From NCBI GenBank assembly GCA_026770705.1, contig JANJGN010000042.1:2170001-2234000 (forward strand): 64,000 nt of DNA, given 5' to 3'. This document shows, in pieces, positions 1-12,641 of the stretch (position 1 is its first letter; the number at the start of each line of letters is the position of its first letter). Below the pieces are notes generated by a model. It searched no databases. It was not told where the DNA came from and worked only from the letters and a program-made list of their open reading frames with translations. Position numbers and translations under genes: made by a program. Source of the DNA: Isurus oxyrinchus (taxonomy: Eukaryota).

Positions 1-189
1 CTTCCCAGCAGCTATGCTTCTTGTGCAGTTGCCTTGATCAATGAGCTTACATTCAATTTGGGCAATTACAGTTCTGCAGAATGATTTTCAGTGAAGACTG
101 ATCTCAGCCGGAGAAATTTTATTTATTGTCATTTTCCATGGCAAAATCCAGGTCTATTGTTAATGATAAAGGAAGGCTCATAGGGAAAG

Positions 190-435
190 TACCAGGGGAT
201 GAGGAGGTTCCAGAGACTTTGGAATTGTCTGCTACAGAAAACAAGAGGCGGCAGGGGCACTAAATATATTCAAGGCATCGTTAGACAAATTATTGATCGA
301 CAGGAGATCCAATGGTTACTCAGTCTGACAGGAAAACGGAGTTAAGGCCAGGATCACATCAGTCATGAACCTACTGTATGGTGGAGCAGGATTGTTGGGC
401 CGAAACGCTTACACCGACTCTCATCTCTTGTGATC
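190..435 (+). mobile_element. CR1-type LINE 3' end fragment
   Basis: Degenerate version of the tail of the CR1 copy at ~11280-11510 (tggaatt..ct...aatatattcaagg...atggtggagcagg...gggccgaa). Confidence 0.6.
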
Positions 436-479
436 GCAAAGACTTCAAATAACTATCCCGCCATTGTCACAGCTTGTGC

Positions 480-1368
480 CATTTGGCAATAGATTGAAAG
501 AGTATTTAAACGCCCTTTTCAGCTCCGCTTTGTATTTCGTCTGGGTCCCTGCATATAGAAATGTATTGCTACAGGGTCTAAGGAGTTAAAAAACTATCAG
601 CTTTGCTGCAGAATATATTTTGTGTCAATGGAAATGGAACTGATCAGCTATTTCCCATACTTTGTGCAAACAGGAAACGTACAATATGCGTTAAGACCAG
701 CTGGAGGAAACTGCCTGAGATGGAGAAGAGTACAACAATAGACTTGCTGTGGCTCTTCATCTCGGAGCCACTCTGATTCTCTCCATTCCTTTGGGATCAG
801 AGTCTGCTGCAGCATCTACTTGCCAGTAGAATATTTCAGAAAGTCTCAATATCGAGCAGCAAAATCAGGAGAAAGGAGAGACATGGAGTTAGAATACAGT
901 CCAGCCAATCAAATATTCTCCATGGAAATGAAATATAAAATGCATCATCTATGAGAGAGCACCGAGTTATATTGTTAACGATATAAATAGGTTCATTTAT
1001 GAAATAAAAAGGGTGTTTATCAAAGTGGACAGCACACAGATCATTCCTAAATTTCCAGTTGCTGTTTTCTAACTGCAGTATTCCATTTCCAGCTCCTGGT
1101 GACAAATGGCCAGGAAGCAGTAAAAGGTGAATTTGAAGGTTGATCAGAGAGTACAACATTTGGAACCAAAGTTTAAAGCAACAAGGACGACATAGAGGAA
1201 TGCTGGACAGAAAACTGACTGGAAAATAAACAGCTGGAAATGAGCTTAATGTCACGATAATGCTAATGACAAGGAAATCTGTCACCACCATGGATACCAG
1301 ATATTGCGTGATACATCAGGAGAGACCACATATTCCTCTGGAAAAGATCACAATCATTAGAAAGTTAG
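480..1368 (-). pseudogene. GPR139-like class A GPCR exon 2, decayed
   Basis: Acceptor (CT)n..ttacAG at 1370-1369, then (A)NFLMIVIFSRGICGLS*CITQYLVSMVVTDFLVISI. Later pieces read ICHQELEMEYCS*KTA, DWLDCILTPCLSFLLILLL, SKSIVVLFSISGSF and SNTFLYAGTQTKYKAELK, collinear with the 14033-14901 exon. In-frame TGA at 1318-1316 plus frameshifts. No exon 1 found. Confidence 0.9.
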
Positions 1369-1377
1369 CTGTAAGGC

Positions 1378-1408
<31 letters not shown>

Positions 1409-1410
1409 GA
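1378..1410. repeat. (GA)n microsatellite forming the minus-strand polypyrimidine tract of the GPCR exon-2 acceptor; also at ~3276-3315, ~48460-48497 and ~50361-50400
   Basis: Directly visible. Each copy lies just upstream, on the minus strand, of the acceptor AG. Confidence 0.9.
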
Positions 1411-3109
1411 ACAGAATTAGTGCCGAAACTCTCAGCTACACCTGCAGTTTGGTGGGAGAGGGTATGGAATTTATATCATGAATACTTGATTCAACGCTGG
1501 AACTGATTAATTTAGCAAAGTAGTACGGCTGGTTTTTTTTTTTATTAATATTGTCCCAAATAAATTGGAGGTTGGAACATGAAATAACGCAAAACACTTA
1601 TTTTCTGATTCTTGTAAAGTTTATGCAATCTAGAAGTAGAAGGAATTGAACAAGACTAACGTATTAAATTGACAAAAGGGCAGCCTGAAGATGGCATAAC
1701 GTACAGATAATAAATCAATACATTTACTCGTTTAAAATGCGGTAAATAATAACGTTATGAAATGTTATGGAACCGCTATAATACTTAAAGCAATAGAATG
1801 ACAGGAAATAAGATATGGATAATAACTCATTCCAAATAAATAAATGAGGGAACCACGGGACGATGGAAAATAAAGTTGAGCGAACGCCATTGATTCAATT
1901 CGGGTTTTGTTCCTGTGGAAACAGGGCAAGGAGCATGAGCGGTTTTTTTGCAGCTCAATGATTGCTGTAGTGCGAGATTAGTTCTCGCATTATTAGTGAA
2001 GATTTTCAATTGAAGAAGCAGAAAGACCTCCACTGATTAAAAGTGCGACAGAGCAAATAGTGCTGTCCTTCCTCAGGAGTATGCAGCTAGGTTAGGAACT
2101 CGAGATCGGGAGTAGGGCTCAAACCCATTGCTTGAACGCTGATATTTCAAAATTTAGATCCCCGAAATAAAGTGGCTATGAGCATAATAAATGCCGGCTC
2201 CGATGGGTATCACACAGCCTTGACAACAAAATACATTTTAGGAGAATTGAATGGAGCAGTTAATAGCAGCAACAGAGTTAAAAAAAAGTCTTCATAACAG
2301 TTCATCGATAGCAACTATTTGATAAATTTACGAATAAACATGTGGAGGGTAAACAAAAATATAGAAAAATACATACCACTAATATTTATGGTTTCCCGCC
2401 AATTGGAAAATATGCTGATCCCTAATGGCTAAGCTCAAAGCGCCACAAAAAACACCCTTCCATAAATTATATTTCTTCTCCCACAGTTTGCTCATTCAGT
2501 TATCCAACAACAACTCTTCGCAATGTCCTCTTCTTAACCAAAATATTTACTGTGCCACATGGCTTATTTTCGGCAGCAATTTGGATACGAAACTTACTGT
2601 TGCCTCATTTTTTAACCTCCTAAATGCGGTGAAAAGCTGAGACCCAAATACAAATCGTGCGAATCAGCTGTCACCCCCTGTCAGTTGAAATGTATTCACA
2701 GTATCCATCAACAAATTAGATGAACATTGCATATACCACAGCCATCGTGACTTAAATTTACATCGATATCACTGTAAATTAACATCTAGGCAAGTACAAT
2801 AAACGACCTGTTTAACTAAGAAATTCAAGAAATAATGACATTAATGAAGTAACAATTAAACTACATTGTGCAGCATTTGTATCATTGCCAAAAAGTCCGT
2901 CAACACACGACACAGAAATCGCAGGAACACATTAAGCAATCTTGAATCTTTTACTGTTGGAGAGCAGCCAAACATCCGGTAGAAGCTAGAAAGTAAACAT
3001 CTGACCCTCAAGCCTTCACAGTTAAACAAAGATTGAAAAGACCTAATTCCGGAAAAAAAATACGTAGAATACAATGAATTCAGATTTAGAATGTTTCTGT
3101 CTCGTCTTT

Positions 3110-3267
3110 TGAGTGGCTCAGAAAACTGACTGGAAAATAAACAGCCGAACACCGGCTTAATACCAGTGTAATGATAATAACATGGAGATCTGTCACCGCC
3201 ATGGATACTGCGTATCTGGAAAGACCACATCTTCCTCGGGAACGGATCACGATAGTCAGAAAATTAG
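3110..3267 (-). pseudogene. Truncated GPR139-like exon 2 (TM1 end to ECL1 only)
   Basis: cttgcAG|(A)NFLTIVIRSRGRCGLSRYAVSMAVTDLHVIIITLVLSRCSAVYFPVSFLS, after which homology stops. Confidence 0.88.
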
Positions 3268-4959
3268 CTGCAAGCGAGAGAGAGAGAGAGAGAGAGAAAG
3301 AGATGAGAGAGAAGGGAAGAATTAGTGCTGAATCTCCCAGCTACAATGTCCGTTTGGCGGGAGAATGGTATGGCACATGGGCCATCGATACTTCATTCAA
3401 CGCTGGAACTGATTAGTTTACCAATGCATTAATTCTGGTCCATTTTTTATTTATATTGTCTCAGATAAAGTGGAAGTCGGAATACAAAATGACACAAAAC
3501 TGTTACTTTCCGATTCATGTACATTTTATGTAATCTAGAAGGAGAAGGAATTGATCTTCACTAACGTATTAAATTGGCAAAAGGACAACCACCTGAAAAT
3601 GGCATAAAATACAGATAAAAGCTCAATACATTTATTCATTTATAAATACAGTAAATAATAACGTTATGAAACTTTAAATCACTATAATAAAGAAACCAAT
3701 CGAATGACAGGAAATAAGATATGGGTAATAACGAAATCCTAATAAATATCAGAAGGAACCAATGTACGTTGAAAAAGAAAATCTAAGCGAACACCATTGA
3801 TTCAACTTGGGTTTTGTCCCTGTGGAAGCAAGACAAAGCGCATCAAAGGCTTTTATTCAGTTCAGTGACTGCTGTAGTGGGAGATTAGGTCTCGCAGCAG
3901 TAGTGAGGGTTTTCAACTGATAAAGCAGAAAGACCTCGGTTTACAGCCTCGTCGGAAGGACCACAGAGTAGATAGTGCTGGACTTCCTCAGCGGCATGGA
4001 GCTGGGCTACAGACACCAGTTCGGAAGTAGGGAACAAACCCAGGGCTTTCCGAATGAACACTGAGATTTCAAAATTTAGTTGAGCTAAATAAAGTGGCTA
4101 CGAATATAATTATTTCCAGCTCCGAAGGGTATCTCACAGCCTTGAAAACAAAGTGCACTCTAAAGAGAATTGAATGCAGTTGTTAACAGCAGCAACAGAG
4201 TTAAAAATGGTCTTCATAACAATTCATCGACTGCAATGATTGATGTTAAAGTTACGCAATGCAAATCGAACACCAATAAACATGTGGCGGGTGAACAAAA
4301 ACATGGAAAATACTTACCACTATCATTTATAGTTTCACGCTAATTAGAAAATATGGTGACGTGCAATGGTTAAGCTTAAAGCACCAGAGAAAAACAGCCT
4401 TCCCCAAATGGTATTCCTTCTCCCACAGTTTGCTCATTCAGTTATCCAACAACAACCCTTCGCAATGTCCTGTTCTTCTCTAAACTATTTACTGTACCAC
4501 ATGGCTTATTTTCGGCAGCAATTTGGATACGAAACTTACTGTTGCTTCATTTTGATCCTTCTAAATGCGGTGAAAAGCTGAGGCCCACATACAAATCCTG
4601 CGAATCAGCTGTCACTCCCTGTCAATTCAACTGTATTTGCATGATCCATCAACAAATTAGATGAGCTTTGTACACACCGCAACCATCGTGAGTTAAATTT
4701 ACATCGATATCAATGTAAAATTAACATCTAAGCATGTAAAATAAATGACCCGTTTAATGAAGAAATTGAGGTGTAAATTACAATATTGAAGTATCAATTA
4801 AACTATATTATGCAGCATCCGTATCATTGCCAATAATCCTGTCAACACAAGAAACAGAATGCCTGGGAACTCATAAATCAACCTTCATGCGTTCCTTAAA
4901 ACGTTGCACCCAAGCAACTTTACGATTGGTAACTGGGAACATATTTTCTGCTGTCGACC

Positions 4960-5510
4960 TTATCTCAACCCGTTTAATCTAGGAAGTTTCTACCAAACAT
5001 CTCATCAATTCCCTTTCCTCCGATGAGAACAACCCAAGCTCCACTCACAGAATATTGCTGCCAAGGAGCTACATCCCTGTTAACATTCGAGTAAATCTCC
5101 TCTACACTGCATAAAGGACACAAACATTTTACCTGGTGCATGGTGACCAGAAACGGACGCAGCAATTTAATTATGGTCTAACCAGAGTGTAAATTGTTTC
5201 AACACAGCTTCCTCGTATTTATGCTCACTTTCTCGATTTATGAACTCGAAAATTCCAAAGCCTGTTGTAACGATACTTTCAACATGTCATGGCACCTTTG
5301 AATATCAATTCACATGGACCCTCAGGTCCCTCTGTCCTTGCGCACTGTTTAGAACCTTATCATTAAATGGATGTTGTTCCTCACTGGCCATTTTACTAAA
5401 TCTAGCATTTCCTGGGTTAAGTCCCATCTGCCACTTTTATTCCGATGCTGTAGACTTTTGAAATCGGAAGTCCTCTTCCTAACTGTTTCCAACATTCTGA
5501 TATGTCAGAG
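4960..5510 (-). mobile_element. Degraded CR1-type LINE fragment
   Basis: Resembles the minus-strand CR1 relic at 21470-22610 (gagaacaacccaagct; ggtgaccagaaacggacgcagcaat; ccatctgccacttt). Confidence 0.55.
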
Positions 5511-5729
5511 TTCTCGTAGTATTGTCTATGAAAAAGGTTAAATGTTGCGTTTCCAGTTTTATCTGAAACTAGCATTGCCTTCTTCATGTTGTTTCTCGCT
5601 TTTATTTCAATAATTGGGCGAGCACAGGCTTGGCTAATTTAGTTTAAATTATTCGCAACTACACTAGCTGTGCAACATTACTGGTCGCAGCTCTGTTGTT
5701 TTGCACAAAGTCCCTATTGAATAAGTGCC

Positions 5730-6980
5730 TCCAGCTGATTACCCCCCCCCCCACCCCACAAGACCACCCGCTCCCCTTCCCATACTTCCCTGAAGAATCA
5801 GTGCTGCTCCATGTTGAATGCCATTTGCAAGACAGACTAAGAGTTGCAAGGTCGCAGAATGAACTCAGGGGGCTTCAGTGTCCATCACCAAGTGTGTTTC
5901 CGAAGCACGAATAAAAATTGACCTGGCTGCATGCCTATGGAAATACCTACCAGACATTTCCTGTAGTAGGTGGTGAGAGAGCCAAAGAGAGGGAAGAACA
6001 CACCTTACCTGATCATAAGTAAACTACCTGTAGCAGATGTAGATGCACCTGTCCACCATAGTATTGAGAGAAGCCTCCAGTACGCATTCTGTGTAAACAT
6101 GAAAACTGTCACACTTTCGTGCTGTGTGGCGCTACCATTGTGCTAAATCAAATCAAGAAAATCAAAGCCGGATTTCCATTAGGTGCAGTGAGCCATCAGC
6201 AGCTATAGCATTGAATCAAATGTTAGTTTGTAAACTCATGGCCCGTTATATCCCTCACTTGGACATTACGAACAGATGAAGGGATCAATTCTGATAAAGT
6301 GAAGGGTGTCGGACAGCATGCCAAGGCCTGCACCCACCGGACCTAAAAAGGAGGTTTCGACCTGGTGAAGTAAAAAAACAGAAACCTGTGCAATCCAAGC
6401 AACTGAAAAAGCATGTGATTGACAGCACAAAGATATCCCACAAAAATTTGGTCAAACCAAAGATCTGCAATCCTTCCACATCCAATCATGAATAGCGGTG
6501 GACAATAGAAGAATAAAGAGAAAGAGGGTATTCCACGAACATCCCTAACCCTAAAGATGGGGCAGTCCAGCATATCGGTGCAAAAAGAGATGGCTGAAGG
6601 GTTTTAATCCACATTCAGCCAGAACTTCCGAGTGGAAGATCCATCTCAGACTCCTCCTGAGGTCTTTATCGTCCCAGGATTCTGTCCTCACCCAATTCGA
6701 TTGTTTCCATTTAATATAAAAGACGATTGAGTACAAAATATGCCACAAAGGCAACGGGCCCGATAAAAGAGCCGGCTGTAGAATTGAAGATTAGTGCTTC
6801 AGAATGAGCCGACTCTATTTCCGACTTCTGCACATCTGAGAAAGCTGGCAATGACTCAAACAATTGGAAGCTGCCAAAATATGGCCTGTCCAGAAAAGGA
6901 AGGAAAAATCCATTCCGGTCAAATATCGCCACATTAGTCTACATTGCATTACAAGCAAAATGATGGAAAGTCTCGCCATT
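5730..6980 (+). mobile_element. L2/CR1-group LINE ORF2 relic (APE endonuclease to RT N-terminus); duplicated at ~52810-54050
   Basis: ESVLLHVECHLQDRLRVARSQN followed by a degenerate GDFNVHH-like stretch, then RVEDPSQTPPEV, KGNGPDK, WKLPKYGL and KSIPVKYRHISLHCITSKMME (YRPISL motif) across frameshifts. Confidence 0.75.
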
Positions 6981-8059
6981 TTTGTTAATGGTTGGTCGAA
7001 ATCATTCATGTGAATGGCGCTGTGCTTCACGAAGAGTTTCATGGTATCTTTGTAATGTTTCCCTGTCCTTCCCTGGAACGTTGGCCACTTAAGTGATGGA
7101 AAATTTGGAGCATGTGGTGTGGGGTCGATTTCCTCGGGGCATGAGCATAAATTTAAAATAAATATAGTTTATTGCAGTGTTAATGGAGAGCTGCGCTTAT
7201 TGAAGTTCGGCCAATCGGGTGGCATCTAAAACTTAAGCCATTTTCACGATCCCATGTGCATGCAAGAAACATCATGTGGAGCAATTTGGCTTGGAGGCGC
7301 TTTATATGAATTAAAAATATCCCTATTTTTGCCCATAGCTTCGGTCACATTGAGCAAAACGGTGTTGCTGTGGACTGTGCGTTGACCCAAGTAATTTATT
7401 AATACTGAAACATACACAGAAGTATCGGAGTGCATGTGCTTAAAAGTACAAAGATTGGTCAAAGGGGAATATGATATTCTAACGATAATAGAAATCTGCC
7501 ACAATATGCGGGGTGATTGAAAGTTTCATATTCCTGTTTGCAATGCATTTTTGAATCATTCTTTTTAACTCTTTGCAAAGTAAACGTCTCTCATCTTCCC
7601 ACTGTTCTGCGTCCGATGGAACAGCCCAGGTAGCGTGGCAGCTCAAGTGCGATTTATCAGCTCCCAGCAGTTGGGTTATGTGTTTGATATGAGGAAGACA
7701 TTCTTACTAGGACTGCAATATTGTCTCCACTCAATACTGATACCACCTTTTCTATTTATCCCTGCAATATGGCCCTAGGTGGCAAGGTCAATCTTTATTG
7801 CGAATTGCTAATTTTCTTTAGAATTTCGTGGTGAGCTGCCTTCTTGGGCCCCTTCAGTCCATGTGCGCTATCTTCATCCATAATACTGCAAGGCAGGAAG
7901 TTTCACAGTTTGACCAAGTGATGAAAAATATTTTCAAGTTTCGAGCGTTAGTGAGATGCAGCTGCTGGTGTTTCCATGTGCCTGTTACCTTTGTTTTTCA
8001 ACACAGTAAAACCCGGACTTTGGAAGGTGCAGTTACAGAATACTGATAACTTGATTTTT

Positions 8060-8330
8060 TTACCCCATGGGATGTGGGCATCGATCAGAAGGCCATATTT
8101 GTTATCAATTTGAGTGCAGTTAAGAGGCAGACATTTTACTGTGGGTCTGCAGCCACATGTAGGCCAGATCGGGTAAGGACGGCACATTGTCTTCCCTAAA
8201 GGACATTCGTGAAGCAGATGGGTGTTTGTAACAATCGATGACCGTTTTTTGTGGGCACAGTTACCGAGACAAGCTTGATAATCTAGTCGCATTAAATGAA
8301 TTAGCTGCCATGTTATGATTTAAAACAATG
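8060..8330 (-). mobile_element. SINE relic sharing a 3' tail with the LINE at 29050-30290; other copies at ~18580-18930(+), 19800-20170(-), 41925-42300(-) and 55130-55400(-)
   Basis: Recurring block gtgggtctg.agtcacatgtaggccagacc.ggtaa.ggacggca.atttccttccct.aaggacat..gtgaaccagatgggtttt, next to the tail gggatgtgggcatcg. Confidence 0.7.
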
Positions 8331-9129
8331 TCACAATGGTATGTGCCTCGGCCTCAGGATCACCCTATCACGCTGCCCCGAATGTTGACGTAGGGGGTTC
8401 GACTATCGCAATTACATTAAATTCCAAGGGGAAGTTGTTTGACGTCCTCATCCTTGAATTGGTAACATTCTGCTGTATCCTTACTGAATACATTCTGCAC
8501 ACCTGGATCCCTTGTTACAGGTTAGAATCAAAAAATACTGTTCATTGTCACGATAAACATATAATACTGCTGAAAAAGACCAGTCCAGAATAGTAGATAT
8601 TGCTCACAACTGGACCTGCACACACTGAATGTAACCGTACTGAAGAAGCAATGTGCACACTAAACCTAACTACGATGACTTTAAAGAGATCTCATTGCTT
8701 GCAATACTGATGATTTGGGATTGCTAACATTGAATCGAATGAGGTTGAACTGGAGTAGCCCACGCCAGAAGTAACAGTGTATAACTGAACCAGTCCCCTT
8801 TGAACACCGGTGTCAAGAAATGAGATGTGGACGTTGAGAATTACTGTGCAGACCTGAGTCATTTCACACTCATTATGGACCAGCAGGCCCCATCTCTGTG
8901 GAAAACAATCATACATAAATTGAACTTTTCACACTTGAAGGAAACCATGTCGATGAAATCAGTGCGAGAGTGAGAGAGGGATATTGGCTTAGAAAATCTA
9001 GATGTAGATTCAACCTGGGTGGAGCTAAGAAGCAACAATGAGTGGAAAAGATCACTTATCTGTAGACCTCCAGACAGCAGTGCCGACATAGGGGTCGGCA
9101 TAAAATAGGAACTTGGACTTGCATGTAAC

Positions 9130-11515
9130 AAGGGTGCTCCAGAAATCATGGATGACTTTTAACTACATATAGAGTGTGCAAACCAAATTAGCAATTACAA
9201 TGGCGAATGGATTCCTGTAGTGTGTACGAAATGTTTTTTTTTTCAGACTCGTATGTTGAGGAACGGACTGGGGATCAGGCTATCCTAGATTTGGTATAGT
9301 GAAATGAGAAGCACTTAAATCATAATCTTGTTGTGTTGGGTCCTTCGGGGAACAGTGACCAACATGATAGAATTCTTCATTGGAATGGAAAGTGAAGTAG
9401 TCTGGTCTGAAACGAGGGTGCTAAATCTAACAAAGGAATCGACAAAGGTAGGAGATTTGAGTTGGCTAAGATTGATTGGAGTACTTTATTAAAAGGAAAG
9501 ATGGTACGTAGACAACGTCCAATGATTAACGAAAGTGTGCATACATTTCAAAAGTTATACTTTATTTTCTTGCCCAAAAGAACAAGACAGGAAAAACGGC
9601 CCCACCATGGGTAACAAAATAAATTAAGGATAGCTTTAGATCTAAAGAGAGTTCATGTGAAGATGTTAGAAACATTAGCAAGCCTGAGGATTGGGAACAG
9701 TTTAGAACTCAGCAAAGGACGACCAAGAGTTCGAATAAAGGGGGAAAATATTGGATGAGGGTAAACTTGCAAGTAACATAAAAGTGGTCATTAAAAGCAT
9801 CTATAAATATATTTATTAAAAAACCTCACAGTCTGAAACGGGAGCATTTATAATAGAACAATTACTTTAGCTCTGTCTTCACTTAGGGAGATATAAATAA
9901 CTTCACAGAAATACGAAGGAACCTCGGGTCTATTGAGAAGGAAGAATTCAACGAAATTAATGTTACAAACACAGTTGTGCTGGAGAAAGTAATCGGACTG
10001 AAAGCCAATCAATCCCCAAGACCTGATAATATACATCTTGGGGTACTAAAGGAGGTGGCCATGTAAATAGTGAGTGTAGTGGTTGTCATCTTCCAAAATT
10101 ATGTAGATTCTGCAACAGTACCGGCAGATTGCAGCGTGTTAATTATAACCCCGCTATTTAAAAAAAAAATGAGTGAGGGAGAAAACAACGAATTACAGAC
10201 CAGTCAGCCGAACCTCAATAGTAGGGGAAATGCTAGAGTCTATTGTAGAGTATGTGATAACAGGGCACTTGAAAAATATCAATGGGATGAGACAATGTCA
10301 ACATGTATCTATCAGGGGAAATCATGTTTAACAAACCTTATGGAGTTTTTAAGGACATAACCTGCAAAAAAGATAAGGGAGAACCAGTGGCTGTGATGTA
10401 TTTGGAATATCAGAAAGTCTTTGACAAAGACCCACATAAAAGGTTAGCGTGTAAAATTAAAGACAGGAAAGAGAGCAGGAATAAGTGGGTCTTCTTTGGC
10501 GTGGCAGGCGGTGACGAGTGGACTAGCAGGGATCAGTGTTTTGGCCCGAGCTATTTGCAATATATATAAATATATGTATATATACGATTTGCATGACGCA
10601 ACAAAAGGCAACATTTCCAATTTTTGATGACACGAAACTTGGTGAGGATGTGAGAGACGAGGCGAGTGTTCAGACGCTTCAAGGCGACTTACGCAGGTTG
10701 AGTGATTGGGAAAATAAGTGTGAACTTATCCACTATGGCAGGAAAAGCAGATTAGCATAATATTATTTAACTGGTGATAAATTTGGAAATGTTGATGTGC
10801 AAAGGGGCCGAGATGCCCTTGCGCAGCAATCACTGAAAGCAAGCATGCTGGTGCAGCAAGCACTTAAGGACGTAAATGGTACGTTGACCTTTATTGCGAC
10901 AGGATTTGAGAGCAGCAGCAATGATGTCTTACTGCAGCTGTGCATGGTCATTGTGAGATCACACCTGGAGAAGAGTGTGCAGTTCTGGTCTCCTTACCTA
11001 AGAAAGGATATATTTGCCATAGAGGGAGTTCAGCAAAGGTCCACCACGCTGATCTCTGGGCTGGTAGAATTGTCGTATGAGGAGAGATTGGGCCAGCAAG
11101 GCCTTTATTCATTGGAGCTCAGAAGAATGAGAGGCGATCCCACTGAACCATATGAAACTCTGACAGGGATCTACAGGCTGGTGCAGGGATGATATTTCCT
11201 CTGACTCGGGCGTCTAGAACAAGAGGTCACAGACTCAGGATACGGGGTAGACCATTTAGAACTGAAATGACGAGAAAGGTCTTCAATCAGAAGGTGGCGA
11301 ACGTGTGGAATTCTCTAGCACAGAAAGCTGTGGAGGTCAAGTCACTGCATATATTTAAAAAGTAAATAAATAGACTTCTAGCCTTCAAATGCATCAAGCG
11401 GTATGGGGAGAGTGCAGGACTAAGGCGTTCAGATAGAGGATCAGCCATCATCAAACTGAATGGCGGAGCAAGCTCGAAGGGCTCGAAGGAGTAATCCTAC
11501 TCCTATTTTCAATAT
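9130..11515 (+). mobile_element. CR1-type LINE ORF2 relic, endonuclease through RT and 3' tail
   Basis: Fragments GKSCLTNLMEF, DKGEPVAVMYLEYQKVFDKDPH, FDDTKLG, RSHLEKSVQFWSPYLRKDIFAIEGVQQR, LSYEERLGQQGLYSLELRRMRGD. Many frameshifts. Tail gaatggcggagcaagctcgaaggg. Confidence 0.92.
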
Positions 11516-12450
11516 TTCGGTGGATAGTTTTTTTCCGGATACTGAAAGGAAGCATGAGGAATTAACTATCTGCGCAAGATTTATAACACTGCTTCACATG
11601 TGCACATTGAAGATAGCAGTTAAAATGGGGCCTGTCCATATTCAATGCAAGATGACTGAACTGGGCCTTTGCAGACTTAGTGCAGCCGTGCATAATCTCG
11701 CCTGGCGACACGGAAAGCGATTTACGGGAAAAGGACGTGCACACTTACCCTTCCTTATCCGTCATGAATGAATGTAACGTGGCAGAAATGGAGCCTCGAC
11801 ACATCACATAACCATACCGAACTGGAACGGTCCGCATTAACTAGAATCGTGCTCAACTGGACCTCCGTTTACGGAGTTTAAGCGTACTCTCTATAATTAT
11901 GCAGAATTAACGCATAAGCGCTTGATTGCATCTGATCAAGTAAAACGTAGCCGTTCACAGCTACACAACTGTGCACAATCACTACAGCTGGATTTGACAT
12001 GTCTGCAATGAATTTAACTCATGTGGAATAATCCACAATGCAAGAAGCCGTACACAAGATTTGAGTACTTTAAAGCTAAATAAAGGTGATGAGTTGAACA
12101 TTTCCATACCAAATGCGAACAGAATGAGACAAAAAATGCTGGAAATACGCAATAGACCGTTCAGCATCTGTGGAGAGAAAACGGTAAAAGGTTCAGATCC
12201 ATGACTTTACATCGAAGTTGGGGAATAGGGAGCAATGGAAGAGTTCTTGTTTTCACTATAGCGGCGGGAAACGGTTGTGGTAAAGGGCAGATGATAAAGA
12301 AACATCAATGTAGATTTGTGTTAATGTGGAAGACAGAAGGGCACTTTGTGAGGATGTTCCTCCAGAACAATGTCAGTGACCTTGAAGAGCTTTCTACTCC
12401 GTCAAAACAAAAATAATTTCCTGTCAGCTGCAGCACGACCATCTTTGTTT

Positions 12451-12520
12451 CAATTAGCGTAATTATTGCAAAAGATCAAAGCGTCTAATTGTCTCCCTGG
12501 AGGCTGGCTTGAGATATATA
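12451..12520 (+). promoter_or_regulatory. Putative proximal promoter of GPCR gene A (homeodomain sites, O/E-like site, TATA-like box)
   Basis: TAATTA 12460-12465, TAATTG 12486-12491, TCTCCCTGGAG 12492-12502, TATATA 12515-12520. Spacing is identical to the promoter of the minus-strand paralogue. Confidence 0.6.
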
Positions 12521-12571
12521 TGTGACTGTCTTTAGTTGTGGTGCAGAACACACTCGCAGCTGGTGACAGAA

Positions 12572-12641
12572 ATGCACGGATTGCCAAAAGGTCTTATTTT
12601 CATCATATATTATCCCGTCATTGCAGCGATCGGGATTCCAG
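12572..12641 (+). CDS. GPR139-like GPCR gene A, exon 1 (MHGLPKGLIFIIYYPVIAAIGIP+G)
   Basis: 70 nt = 23 codons + 1, ending at G|GTTAAG. The IYYP...GIP motif matches exon 1 of the minus-strand gene, and phase 1 fits the acceptor at 14031-14032. Confidence 0.88.

Larger units (their letters stand above)
1208..4874. repeat. Old tandem duplication, two ~1.7-kb homologous blocks ~1.9 kb apart (1208-~2932 and 3119-~4874)
   Basis: Identical 27-mer cagaaaactgactggaaaataaacagc at 1208 and 3119. Collinear similarity continues, e.g. ccacatggcttattttcggcagcaatttggatacgaaacttactgttgc in both blocks, with many substitutions and indels. Confidence 0.92.

Noticed and set aside
1901-1940. GGGTTTTGT nonamer-like sites (also ~3809) as a J or D RSS
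   Set aside because: No CACTGTG-like heptamer at 12 or 23 nt, and no FGxG J motif.
12473-12481. Perfect TCF/LEF site AGATCAAAG in the gene A promoter as evidence of T-cell expression
   Set aside because: Falls in the non-conserved spacer and is absent at the equivalent position in gene C. A single 9-mer is insufficient.
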